DNA of 64,000 nt, from NCBI GenBank assembly GCA_964106915.2, contig OZ066915.1. The stretch is one strand, 5' to 3'. A program made the position numbers and the translations under genes. Positions 1 to 12,902 of this stretch are shown piece by piece (position 1 is the stretch's first letter; every line of letters starts with the position of its first letter). This DNA is from Podarcis gaigeae (lineage: Eukaryota). Under the pieces are notes generated by a model, which was not told the origin of the DNA, made no database searches, and saw only the letters and a list, made by a program, of their open reading frames with translations.

Positions 1-414
1 CTTGGGTACAGACTTGCAAACTAAGAGTGTCATGGGGGACACTTATTTAACAACAACTATTAATTTATATTAAGGGAGAATGAGGCAAGAGGATGGTGCC
101 AAGGAAGAAAACAGGAACCATAGAATTGTAGCATTGGAAGGGGACCAGAAGAGTCATTTAACATAGGAATCTTTTGCCCAGTGACTTTGGGATAAAGAGT
201 CTCATGCTCTACTGAATGAGCCATCTTCTGTTTGAATCATGACAATGGGGATTTCACTGGAGACGGGAGTGTCTTTGACTTTCTTGTTGGTTTGGGGTAG
301 AAGACTGGAGAATGCTTTCCTGGGTGCTTCTCTCTGATGCACGACCCTTTTGGTAGGAAAGGGAGTTCACTGATGGACACAAGCAGCCCTGTTCAGCTAA
401 TTGGCTGATCTTAC

Positions 415-760
415 TCATGAGAGTCCCATGGACTGCAAGAAGATCAAACCTATCCATTCTTAAGGAAATCAGCCCTGAGTGCTCACTGGAAGGACAGATC
501 GTGAAGCTGAGGCTCCAATACTTTGGCCACCTCATGAGAAGAGAAGACTCCCTGGAAAAGACCCTGATGTTGGGAAAGATGGAAGGCACAAGGAGAAGGG
601 GACGACAGAGGATGAGATGGTTGGACAGTGTTCTCGAAGCTACCAGCATGAGTTTGATCAAACTGCAGGAGGCAGTGGAAGACAGGAGTGCCTGGCGTGC
701 TCTGATCCATGGGGTCACAAAGAGTTGGACACGACTAAACGACTAAACCACAACAACAAA
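415..760 (+). mobile_element. Bov-B (RTE-clade LINE) 3' fragment
   Basis: ORF RVPWTARRSNLSILKEISPECSLEG...LQYFGHLMRREDSLEKTLMLGK...WRALIHGVTKS is the RTE/Bov-B ORF C-terminus; acgactaa/caacaac tail. Confidence 0.92.
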
Positions 761-2839
761 CACACAGTCCAGTCTCCATGGGGAGCACGCATTGTGCTTT
801 GGTTCTCTCCCCATATAGGAAGATGAAAGAGAGGCTCGGGAAGGCATAACAACCCACAAAATACTATGCACAGGTAATCTGTGCAGGTGTGCACACATTC
901 ACCTGGGAGGAAGAGGGAGAGAGAAGGGGTTGTCTCTTGAACAGCCCATTTGATCTAAAACCCCCAGCCATGACTCATACACTCTAAGCACAGGTGTGCA
1001 ACACAAAATCTCAAAACAAACACAGCAGGTGTTTCTTTATTGTCCTGTGAACACAGAAGGGCCCTGCTGGATCTGGCCAAAGCTGCAACTAGCCCAGCAT
1101 CCTGTCTTCACAACAGCCAACCAGATTCCTATGGGAAGCCCACATGCAAGACTTGATAACCCTCCTCACTTGTGATTCTCAGTGACTGTTTATCAGAACA
1201 TAGGCACCATGACCAGTAGCCATTAATTCCTTTTAAGTAGAATAACAGCACAGTGATGCCTTGGAAATTAAAGATGCTTCAGTGTGGATGTGAAGATGAT
1301 CCTTCACTTTTCCTCTCCGCATCTTCCTCTTGATAGAGAGATGCTGCTCTCCCCCCTCTCCCCTCCCATGCTTCTTTCTGAAGCCCCAATTTGGTCTCTG
1401 GAGTAGCTGTCAAAAGCTGCTGTTCTCTTCATCATTTCAAGCAAATTAAAAAAACAACAACAAGATTGCACTGATGGTGTTTCTGAAGATGAATGTCATT
1501 GTACAAATGCCATCTCGGCAGATGTCTAAGGGGGATTGGTGGCATGCACAGGGTGCTTACTATCGCTTCTATGCAACAAATCAAGTTATTGTCCCACAGG
1601 AAAGAATCTGTTCTCCCACAGGAAAGGAAAGGTGTCATCATGAGAACAAGGAAACTGAGTGGACTTCCTGTGGCTGGAGGAAGTGCTATTAAAAAAATGG
1701 CACACAACTAACAAATATGTTAGCTTTTACCATTAGACTTCAAAAAACAAGATTCCTGTAAATAGTCTTCCTCCTCCTTTTCTTTTGGAAATAAGGGGTA
1801 TCACTCAAATTTACACAACCTTACCCCTAGAAGTTTGGACATCTTCCCACAAATCAGCTTTACCTCTGCTCAGGAAAAATGATTACAGCACAAGGTGAGG
1901 GGGTCATTTTTAGGGGAGAATTAGGGTTAAACACCCCCTACTAGTCTACGCCTGCAGTTGAAAAAAACACATGGGGTTGGAAATCCCACACTGTACTTGT
2001 AAATTTTAATTCCACCCTAGGACAATATGCAGTTCTGGCGAAATGCTCCTTCTAGTAATGTTTTGGTGAGGTATGTGGAGTTTAAAGAGGCAGTTTTTCA
2101 TCAAGACAGACTTAGTTGGATCAGCCGTTATATTTACATAGGGGGAAAAATAGGAGTAATATATCTTCCCAGTCTGTTGCAAACTTTTGATTTCCTAACT
2201 CAGCCAAGAAGCCACGATGCTGATCCTTTACTGCTGTACCAGCACTGATTTTCCACACTGAAACTCTTCTGAGTAAGTAAAACGTTTCCTCCTTTATCTG
2301 TGTCATGTCTTAAGACTCCCTTTTGCTCCATAATACTACTGTGTGCGTGTTAATGAGTTTACCATTATTTATCACAGAATCATTTATTACTACTACTTTT
2401 AAAAACCTATTTCCACTGATTTTTTTTTAAAAGGGAGCAGAGTTAATGCCACATGAGTTCTGCTTAACTATTTCTCCTGCACACTTTAAATATCGTGTTC
2501 CTCCTACTATTGGCTCCAAATACCTCGGTCTGTGTTATAATGGGGTAACCTTTCCTATATGAGCCAGTGCTGGGGGGGGGGGAGACAGACAGTGTGTGTG
2601 GGGGGGTCATCCCTCATCCCACCCCATCGGAATTGGAGGAGAATTGTGATAAGCGAGCTTAAGACAGAAATGTGACATGAGGGGTGTGTGTGTGAAACAA
2701 CTCAACAAAGAATGCCATACCACTACAAGGATCGTCTCCTCCCCATTAACCCATAAAGAAGTCTTTGACGATTACACTTCATTAGTAGCCATTTCTTTTA
2801 AAGCAAATTGTGCTTCAGAAGCAACATAACTTGTTTGCG

Positions 2840-3720
2840 CTCCAATACCCCAGAGCGCGTAAGCTCTTGCTCCCGTTTTACAGATGGGAAAAGTGAGGCT
2901 CAAAGTGACTTGCCGGTGGCTGCGCGAGATGTCATTGAAAGACCCCCCATTCCCCCTCCCCCGGCGCAGTCCCGTCTCGGGAAGGAGCCTCCGCTCCCTT
3001 GAGACCAACCAGACGGTCCTCCTCTCCAGCTGCCCCCCCCCCAGGCTCACCACTAGTCCCTGCTGCCCCGACGGGGAGGTCGCCACTCACCGTCTCCGAG
3101 GAGCAACTCCTCGCAAGAGTACCAGATGCCGGCGTGAAATTTCCGGTCGACGAACTTGTCGTCTCCGGTCTCCCAGATGTACTGGACCACGTTGCTGTCG
3201 TTGGGGCCCCCGGAGGTGTTGAAGCGGATGCAGTGGGTGCCCCCTCGGAGCTCGCTGCACATGGGCTTGGCCACTTTGCGGGTCCCTTCGCACCAGTAGC
3301 TGCTGCTGAAGGCGGTGATGGAGAAGATGAGCGACAGGCAGCTGAGCGAGAGCGCCGCCGAGGCTCGCTGCCGCCGGTCCACCCCCATCGCGCTGAGGAC
3401 TGCAGCCTTGCAGAGGCTGCATCCAACGACGCCGAGCGAGGACAGGAGGGGGGAGAGAGAGGCACCCTCGGGCTGCCGCCGCGCGCCTCTTGGCTAAGCC
3501 CCTGCTGGTGGAAAAACCCCCGCTCTCAAATCGCCGGTTCCCCCCGCAGCATCCAGCCAGTCACCAGGCTGCCGCTGGCCGTTTCTGAAGGTGAGGCGAG
3601 CAGGTGGGCAGAGCTGCCAAGACGCCTCCTTCCCGCCCCCTCCCTCAGCGAGGGTGGGAGCCGGGGATGAACAGGGATGAGCCGCAAAAGCCTGCCGCCT
3701 CTGCCAGAGCTCAGCACGAG
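2840..3720. promoter_or_regulatory. CpG island over GSG1L2 promoter and exon 1
   Basis: Strongly GC- and CpG-rich compared with the CpG-depleted surroundings; spans the start codon. Confidence 0.75.
3091..3388 (-). CDS. GSG1L2: GSG1-like 2 (claudin/PMP22 superfamily), coding exon 1; later exons not located in window
   Basis: Translates MGVDRRQRASAALSLSCLSLIFSITAFSSSYWCEGTRKVAKPMC...QYIWETGDDKF...HAGIWYSCEE, carrying the GSG1-family motifs WCEGT and WETGDDKF. GTGAGT donor at 3090-3085 (phase 1). Head-to-head with GLP2R, as for mammalian GSG1L2. Confidence 0.9.
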
Positions 3721-6430
3721 GAGGCTCTCCAAGAATGCCTCTGAGCATACAGAGTGCATTTCTTTCCCCGCGGAGCAATGGGAACCCAGCTACCCCCCCC
3801 CCAAAAAAGCACCGGGGGATGGGATAAGGAGACAGAGCGCCAGGTGAAAAGCTGCAAAAAGGCGTAAGCCCCAGGAGTGATCACTTTTATCAAGTCACGC
3901 GCCACAGCGCTGGAAAGCTGAAACCCAAAACCACACAGAGCCAGGGATCAGGCTAGGGCAAGGTGAGAAAGGAAATGCGGGTAAGGGGAGCAAAGAGTGA
4001 AAACACACACACACTCCTCTCCTGATACTTAGGAATTAGATTAAGTGCAAAGTAAACACAGGAGGACTTGCTTTCCTGACTATCTTGGGAAAGGTGCCAA
4101 TGGTTTGTTTGTTTGGAAAGTCAAGTTTCGCACCCTCTGCATAAGTCCTGGTGCTGCTGCACACCTTGGAGCCCAGGGAAGTAGCATGGGAAAGAGGCAG
4201 TGCGGTGTAGGAGTGTGGACATCCAGCGCACATTTAAAGCGTGCAGTTTCACTCAAAGAATCCAGGGAGCTGTAGATTGTTAAGGTTACTAGGAAGTGTA
4301 GCTCTGTGAGGGGAAAACTACAGTGTAGTTTTCAATGTGCACAAAGTTTCCATGTAATTTCAATGTGCACTGGGTGTCCTTTTTAAATGTATGGTGTGGA
4401 TCTGCCCTCAGTTAAGCCTTGCTGCACAATTTCTGAAAAGCGAGCCCCATTGAATTTCATGGACTGTACCTCTTGAGTAAACACACATAAAATTGCGCAA
4501 TCAGAGCACTTGGATTTTAGAACTACAGGGGGAGATGGCACTTCCATTTGATTAAACCCTCAAACATCAGTTTAAGATTGTGGGCCAAGTTAATTATTGC
4601 AGGCATTCTAATAACATTTCTATTCCCGTTTTATAAATCTGGAGCTGAGAGACACTGATTTGTTCAAGGTCACCTCAAGTAAGGGACGATCAGGGATTCT
4701 TCATAACAAATTCATTTCCTTGGGATTTTTGTTTAATCCCCTTTTCCTTCTGCACTTATCCATTTAGTGTAAGTATTACATCACGGCTTGAACAAACCAA
4801 AGACTGTTTTTCTCCCTACTCCAGTAGTAATGTACAGTGCCCATGTTTTTGCCGTGGCATTATATTTTTAAACATGATGTTTTCTTGTTATATACGGCCT
4901 AAACTTGGAGGTGGTGTGGGAGTGAGTACAGGCACTGGGGAAAACAAAAACCTGCTGTAATTTGCAAGTGAGGCAAACATTGGGAAGACTCCAAAAGAAA
5001 AGGGGAAAAGGAGCTCAAACTAAATGCCAAGCCAATAAACTTTTCTTTGCTTTTCTTTTTTGCTGTTTTAGCTAATTTAGGCAGTGTAGTGTGTTGAACT
5101 TTGGTTTAGCCTCCACATACTTGCTTTAGTAACTTAGTTGATTTGGGGGCAGTCAATCTCCCTGAATTGATCTGTTTGGCCACAAAGTGTCTGTGTACTT
5201 TTTGTGTCAAGTGGAAGGGATGGGGCAGTAAAATCTGACTCCCTCCCAATCTGACCTTTCTACTCTGGGATGCGTTTAGCCGTTTCCCCCCAAGCAAGGC
5301 CAGTCCTCCACTTTAGGCAAAATGAGGCAGCTGCCTCAGGCATCAGATGTGGGTGGTGGTGGTGCTGCTGCCATTGAGGTGTTGGAGAACAGGGTTGTGT
5401 ATGCTAAACAGCCTATCCTTTCCTCCACTAACTTAAGCAGCTGTCCTCCTGGCAAACGAGAATGTCCCATTCCCAGTGCTCAAGTAAGATTCAATGCTCA
5501 TGCCAATCAATTTCTGTGTGTGGAACTGAGGGAGGGGCATGTTTGTCCTTTGCCTCAAGCAGCAAAATATCTTGGGCCTGCCCCTAGGCCACTTCACTTT
5601 CATTATTGGAGTGGGGCTAAGGGGAAATGGCTGCTCGGTGATTTTGCTCCCCTCTCCATGTGCTCCATTTGACATTAAAGGCCAACCCTCCAACCTCTCC
5701 ATCTTATGGTTTGTATGGCCCATTTAGCCCTTTAAAAGGTTATATTCAGTTTCTTGGCAGAGCTTTTAACACAGGTCTGCAGCAGGGGGTGCAATTAATT
5801 CAGTGTGCCTCCATGTAATGCATTGCAAACAAAGCCACAAAAGTATCCCAGGCATATATTTGTTAACCATGAGTGGCTAATTACTCCAATTAGGACAAAC
5901 CCCCCAAAACTTTGCCCCTCCCCCACTTGGTCACCTGGAATTTATTTTTACTCACCACTGGTGAACAGGAAGTGGCTATATAGACGCCTGAATTATGTTC
6001 ATTTGACAGTTCTACTCAGGCCTGGGATCACTTGATTTTCTCACAATGCTGAAGCTGGGCAGTGTCAGAGAAAAAATGAAATCCTCTGTAAAGGTGAGAA
6101 TATACTTAAAAAAAAAATTTAATGACAAAATGTCTGGAGGGGGTAATTCCATGACTATTGTAGCAAAAGCAACATGTTTGTGGAACCTTAAAGCCGCAAC
6201 AGATTCTATTCATTTTTAAGATGCCACAAGATTATTATTTTTTGTGGTTTTCAGATGAAGAGGTCGCTGCAGTATGGGTGATCTTCAGTTGACAAACAAA
6301 GATAAATCAAGGAAGATAGTGAGCTATTGCCTTGGTTAGAAAAAGAGATTGTATCACACTTCTGTTTCTGTATGACTACATGGTACTTGAAAGAAGTATG
6401 TGAGATCTTGCATACCCTTGATGTTCTTAG

Positions 6431-6550
6431 GCAGGGACCAGTGGCCTCCCAGCTGGTGTTGGGTTCTAACTTCCATCATTCCCAGCTGGCATGGCCAGTG
6501 GTTAGGATGTGGTCCAACAACACCTGGAGGGTCACAGGTTCCCATCCCTG
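6431..6550. mobile_element. Short palindromic squamate MITE-like repeat; related copies at ~9556-9650, 22530-22672, 28372-28510, 35190-35308, 38437-38535, 43650-43840, 59929-60066
   Basis: Recurrent motif gaacctgtggccctccagatgttgttggactacaactcccatcatccc and its inverse, found repeatedly across the window. Confidence 0.65.
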
Positions 6551-9500
6551 ATCTTAGCCATCTGTGCAGAGAGCATTCAGCATCGTGGAAGTGCTATTAA
6601 GGTCTAGAGCATCTCACCCAAGCTATTGTGTTGTGGGGAGGGGGGGATTGTGTGCCCTTCTCTGTGTGTCCTAGAGAAGTTGGACTGGCTTCCTCCTTGC
6701 TGTCCTTTTTCTATTCCAGCAGGCCTTTGGGAACCAAATGTTTCTGAGGAAAGAGCTGGTGCTGTGATGTTTTTATTGTGGATCTTTTAATATTACTTTA
6801 ATTCTATTGGGGTTCAATGACATTTTGATTGTATTTTCTACAGTTTTAGCTTGTTTAATTTGTGTAAGACACATTGAATCCCAAACTGGGGGGAAAGGAG
6901 GGATATAAATAAATACTAGAATAATAACAATCTCACTGTAGATCTATTGCCAATGCCGATCACACGAATACCCCTGCCTCCCAGTGGGTTATGCAGATTA
7001 CACAGCAACCGGCTGTGTTTGGCTGCTGCTTTCCCCTTCCCCTTCACCAAACCAAGGAAACATGTCCCAGACCTGTGGAACATATGAATTCAACATTCAA
7101 TACAGAGGCTTGCGGCAGTATACAGCATGAGATAAATGACACTCCTGTTCTCTGTACTGATTTACCAAACACATATTCCAGAACATTTGAGAAATGAGGC
7201 ACAGGCATATCTGATACAATTCCCCTGCACACAATTCTTCAGCCTCCTTTAATGTGCCTTTAAAAATCCTCCTTCCTAATGCTAACAACTCTTTCTAATT
7301 GCAGTTCGTTTTATGCCTGTGCTTCTCTGTGTCTTCCCTGAGATTCCTTATTGTTACAAAACTCCTGGTGGTGCCACATTAGTCTCTTTCTACCCCCCTT
7401 CTCTTCCTTTCACTGCATAAAAGCATGCTCACTTTTGCATCTTTAACATAGACTCATTAAGACAATGCTTTCCATGGGTGCATTTTCATTTAGCTTTCCT
7501 AACCATCAGCCAGGTTGGCAACCCTACAAGACATAAAGTACCTCTGCCCTGGTTACACCTTGTAGAACGTGTCCAGCAACCAAGTGGCGAGTGACAAGAT
7601 GGATCTCCTTATGCTGATTTCCAGTTACTCCCAAATTAAGTCAGGAAAAGATGTGAGCATAAGCACCCATGTTACTTTTCCTGCCTCAGGCCAAGATGTC
7701 TTTCCAGTAAGACATTTTAAGATAGAGAAAAGGAAGTGGGTAGTTGGGTTTTAGGTACTCTTCCTGGTCACCCTCAGGGGCATACCTAGGGGTTGGTTAG
7801 GTTGGCCCCTGCCAAAGGTGCAGGCTGAGGGCTGTGCAAAAATCATGCCTCTCCCCTCTGGCTCATTAGGCTGAGGGCTGCAGGTTGCCTACAGATGCCT
7901 AGATTGTCTTCCTTCACTGTCCTTATTTAAGTAATGAGGTGAAAGCGAGAGCTTCCAGTTCTAAACCACAGGACCACCCATGGACTGGCCTGACCTACCC
8001 CACAGAAGGACATATAAATCAGCTGGAATAGGGAAATGTAGTGCTTCCTACAAATTTGTTAGTTTTTATTAAAATGTTATTCTTTTGTTGTATTTTACTT
8101 CGGGTGTTCCTTTTCGGAGAAGGGGGACCTTATTTGGGGGAACTGCTCTATGCCCCCCCCCCCGACCACCTTAATCTGGCTTTTTGAAATTCAAACGCTG
8201 CTCATTTAGAGACTTTGTTCATGTCCGCTTTCCTTATTACATTGTTCCCACGCCTTCCCTTTCTTTTGAAAACTCGTGTAATGAATGTTTTCTCCCCATT
8301 TGCCAATCAGCCTCCATTTTCAACCAATTCCACCCTATTAGTCAAGATCAGTGCAAAAATAGCTGCTACCTAATTATTTCCCCCACCTTTTGGAGTCAGG
8401 AGTTAAGGCTGTGACACATATCAAGAGCTTACAGAACATACTGTGCTTCATTAGACTTCCCACAGATATAGGGGGACTAATTCGTAGGGCAGAGTTCTCT
8501 ACCGAACTTTCTACACTTTGTTGCACTCGCCAAAACCCAAATCTCATCAGACTACATTATACAAATTACCCAACGTTTGCATAGATACACTTGATTTGCA
8601 AAATTTAAGAGTACTTAAATGTTATTTTTGGAAACTAGCAATGTTTATTCAGCAGGGTTCTATACACCTGCCTGGCAGGGCTTCTTAACGAAGGCCTGCA
8701 GCTGGGCTTTCTGCTAATAGTCCAAGGAAAGTGGTGTGTGCAGCAGTTCAATGGTGGGGAGCAATTCAGTGGCTAGCTGCCATTAAGGCTGGAGTGAGGA
8801 AGACAGGACCTCTGATTCTGATCATACTTGGGATCATGCTGGTCTGTGGAATAAATTGATAGAAAACAGTCACTATGCAATGGATGATGGACTTGTGCTG
8901 AAGGCCAAACTCTACTTCAACAGCTTTAGGGTGGGACAACATTGTGCAGAGAAGCAATGGGATGGGTTCTTTTGGACAATATTCTAAATCTTCAAAAAAA
9001 AAAAACCCCACCAGCTCCCCACTTCAAGTTCCATGTTCAGGTTTGCAGCAAAGTTTGCTGGTCTGGAACACAGCATGAGTGACAGCACCTTTAATGAGCA
9101 TGATTTGGAGCTGAAAATTGGCCTGTAGGTATAATCTCCCCCCCCCCCAAAAAAAAACCTTCTATGCTCTAAATCACTCCCTCCTGAAGCTACTTTTCAA
9201 TAAGCAAAGTGGCCATCAAGCTTCAAACACACACGTGTTGTATGTCTAGTTTGACTCTTGGGTTATCTTCTTCGACAGCCTCTAGCAGATCATGGGTGCT
9301 TGTCTTTGAGAACTGGTAATTATACTGTCCTTTAGACTCATCTCTATAGATGAACACATGTCAGATTTCTTAAATGTGCTGGAAGACCACAGTGGCAAAT
9401 GCAGATTTCACTCAGACATCAACAGTTCTGCATCTGTGAGCAATCAGTGTATGGGTTGGGTGCCTACTGCATTGTGTGGATTTGTTTGTGCTCTGAAGTG

Positions 9501-10725
9501 CAGCCAGTAAATGGTAAATTGAACTGCAGACCCATGCTAATGCAAAAAAGAGCTCAGGGGTGGGAAACCATTGGACACACTGGCTTAGGGCTGATGGGAG
9601 TTGGAGTCTAATAACCCCTGGAGGGTCAAAGGTCTCCTAGTTCTGCCCAAAGTCTTTTGGATTTGCAAGACTTACACACAAGTGTAGAACCAACAATCCA
9701 AATCACAGCATTGTGATCAAAGAGTATTTTCTGCAAGGTTATCCATCGTGAACTCAGATCCTTTTCTTTGTCACTACTTTCCAGGATATATATTGTAAAT
9801 ATATTTTTAAAATAACTATAATAAGCTTCCTGGTTTCCAGTTAGTATACATTGATGGCCATAAATCCTTGCCTGCTGCATTCAGGTCCTTCAACCAGGAT
9901 GTTTAATCACCTTCAGCATTCTTGGGACAAGCCAATTGTAAACAATCAGATGTAGGAAAAACGTCCCTGTAGACTGAGCTGCTCTAATGCAAGAAAGTTA
10001 ACAAGTCCACAGGATTGATTCCTATATATTCTTCTCATTCAGCCCCAAGCGGGTTGGAGAGAGTGGGAGGGCTTAATTTCCTCTTGCTGACATATTTCAA
10101 GTCTCTGTCCAGTCACCTCGGGGCGGCAGAGCTAAAGAATATCGCTCAGCTGCCTGCATATTGGCAGCTGTTCAGGAAATGGCCTGTCAGATTGCTGCAG
10201 AAATAGGCTTTCCATGCTCATATTTGCTCCAGGACCACCTTTTCATCAACCGTCTTCTAGATAAAGTTTCCCAGTGACACAAGTCATTTCCAAATCAATG
10301 GGCACTTAGGAGTGTCATGAGAACAGAACTCCAATCCTGAGTCCTTCGTGATGCTTTTCTTATTCCTCATTGGCTGAGAGGATCGGCAACAAAAAGCAGA
10401 TGTGCTTGTAAAGTTTATACTAAATTCTCACTGCCCCCCTTTTTTTCTTTCAACACAGAAGAAGCAAAAGGAAACCCGATTCTAAGAACTCTGCAGGTTG
10501 GAGCAGATTGATTATCTGTTGCTTTTTGCTGACATTCAGGAACTTATTCTAATGGGTAAAGAGTCACTCTTTGAAAGTGGAGACATTTTCAAAGAACACA
10601 GCGGGTGTGACCGAGATTGCTAAAGGAGATCACAAGCTAACTGGGTTGCAAGAGTCAGTGACTTGCTTGAGTATACAAATTTGCCACCCTGGATCACACT
10701 GGAACACCCAGTATTCTTCTGCACC

Positions 10726-10794
10726 ATGAAGCTGTACTCTGGGACTTGTCCCACACCCGTCTTTGCAATCACAATGCTGTTTCTGATCAAACAG
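10726..10794 (+). CDS. GLP2R: GLP2R exon 1 (signal peptide MKLYSGTCPTPVFAITMLFLIKQ)
   Basis: gcaccATG Kozak context, hydrophobic stretch ending IKQ as in mammalian exon 1, CAG|gtaaga donor, phase 0 matches exon 2. Confidence 0.85.
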
Positions 10795-12833
10795 GTAAGA
10801 AAATCTGCCGTTTTAGCAATGATACATTTTAAAACATAAATGTTCCATTGGGCTGACATCTCTGCATACGCAAAACAGTGCGGCATGTTCACGAGCGGAG
10901 CTTATTTAACGGTATGTTGTGCAGCATGTAACTTCTTGTTTTTATAAGGCTTTGCATGGCAAGTTCTTTACCTCTTCCCTGCCGGCTATTGCTTTTCCTG
11001 TACAATTGCAATTGGAGACACCATATGTGTGATTTCAGATTTTCCAGACCAGGCTTCATTTATTTCAGCACAGGTTTATTTTTAAAATGTTGTCCATTTC
11101 CAACTTGTTCATTTCACTTTTGCTATCCTCCCCGCCCCCTTCTACCACCTATACATCTTGGGCTTCACAGAGGAGACATGAGAAACAGTGTCTATAAACG
11201 TATCTTTTTGTGTCCACCGCTAAAACCTTCATAGATGCTCTAAAAACCTATTAAAAGTCTGCTGTATTCCATAGCTTCAACAAATGCATAGCATCAGCAT
11301 ATGCGTGCGGAACATTTAACTGTTGGCTTATTTTACCACTTAATCAGACCTCTATTCTCCCTCTAGATGCACATTTTCCACTCATGTTGCTGCTTAAGTG
11401 TCATGCCTTAAACCACCTTCTGGATAGCAGTCTCATTCAGATAACTTTGTGCCTCCAGTCTGCAAATTTTGAAAAGCCATATTTTCATGGAGAACCAAGT
11501 GAATTCGTCACCCGTTGACTCAAAAGGCTAGATTTCAGTCAGCTCTGTTGCCTTTTGAAAGACTTTCGGCATGGATGATGTAATTACAAAACATCTCTTG
11601 GTTTATGCAAGGTGCTTTAAGATACACACACAGAGAGAGAGAGAGATAAAGAGAGAGAGATTGTCAGTTAGTGTTCCTAGGTAGGGAAGGACCATCATAT
11701 TTATATCATTTGTTCTGTTGAGCTACCAGCTGATTAGAAGCAAGGCAGACAACAGGCTTAACAAAGAGGTGAGTTCTGTGAGTCATAGTCCTGGCAAATG
11801 TGGCATTTGTGATCTGAGATAGGGTGTAATGGCTGCCATGCCAATCCAAAATTACCTGTAGATGCTCCCTGGTGTCACAAGTTAACCCAAGGTGTTTATT
11901 CTGATGCAGCAGCATGGGCACTGCTACACAGGCAAAACAAGAGCCACTATAACCCGACTTCCACATATTGACTGGAACTCCATGCAGATGATAGTGGCAG
12001 GAAAGTGGATAGAGTTTGTCATCGCATGAAGCCTCCATTGTAAGAGCCCCATAAGCTAGTCTGCTGCCCACAGGTGCAGTGGAGGATGCTCTCCCGTTGT
12101 TGCCTGTGTCAAAGTAAGATTCAGCTGCCAGTCTGCTCAGCTTTTGTATCTAGAATATTACGGTGGTGGGGAGATCATGTTGTCCTTTGCCTCAGGCAGT
12201 AAAATGTAATGTGCAGGCCCCTGACCCCAGCATGGATGTATGCGAAAATGGAGGGTATGCACAGTATGCTTAGAAACTGCACATGTTTGAACACATAAAT
12301 TATGAGCTGTGGGTGAAGACTGGGCATGGCCAGCAAGCACAGTTCTTGATCCGTCATGCTCTCTGCATATATTGCCCCTACTTTGACCACCTGCACAGGG
12401 CTAATGAGTCTTCTCAAGTTTTAGCGGGCAGCTAACAAGGCCAACTAAAACATAGATGACACAGAAGTAAGTGTGTCCTTCTCCTTCTCCTCCTTCTCCT
12501 CCTTCTTTTAAAAAAGCAATTTATCCCCAGGTAATAACACCTTCATATTAGCTGTGAATTTGTGTTTTGTGCTCACAAGAGAACCCCTTGGCTGAAGTGG
12601 ATAGATCTGGACTCAGAAATCACTGAATGCCCCAAGCCAGACTCACTGCAATAGATGTACTCATGTTATATGGGGAAGGGAGGACAACAATATGGGGAGG
12701 GAAATGCCAGCCAGGACCCACAGCCTTTGGTTGCTGCTGTTTCAGCATTGCCCCATCACTTTGTGACACTTTTCCTCATCCTTGTTGTTGTTTTTTTAAG
12801 ACGTGTAGCTGGAGGCTGTGCTAGAGTACTCAT

Positions 12834-12836
<3 letters not shown>

Positions 12837-12901
<65 letters not shown>
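12837..12901. repeat. Compound (CT)n(GT)n microsatellite
   Basis: Direct reading. Confidence 0.95.

Positions 12902-12902
<1 letters not shown>

Noticed and set aside
254-826. Several 75-154 aa ORFs
   Set aside because: All are frames of the Bov-B LINE fragment, not host genes.
1-3000. Search for GSG1L2 exon 2 (EKCRSF-like, ~48 nt)
   Set aside because: No convincing match with proper splice sites; presumably lies left of the window.
2999-3670. 223-aa plus-strand ORF and other long ORFs overlapping GSG1L2 exon 1
   Set aside because: Antisense or alternative-frame shadows in a GC-rich CpG island; low-complexity translation with no recognisable domain.
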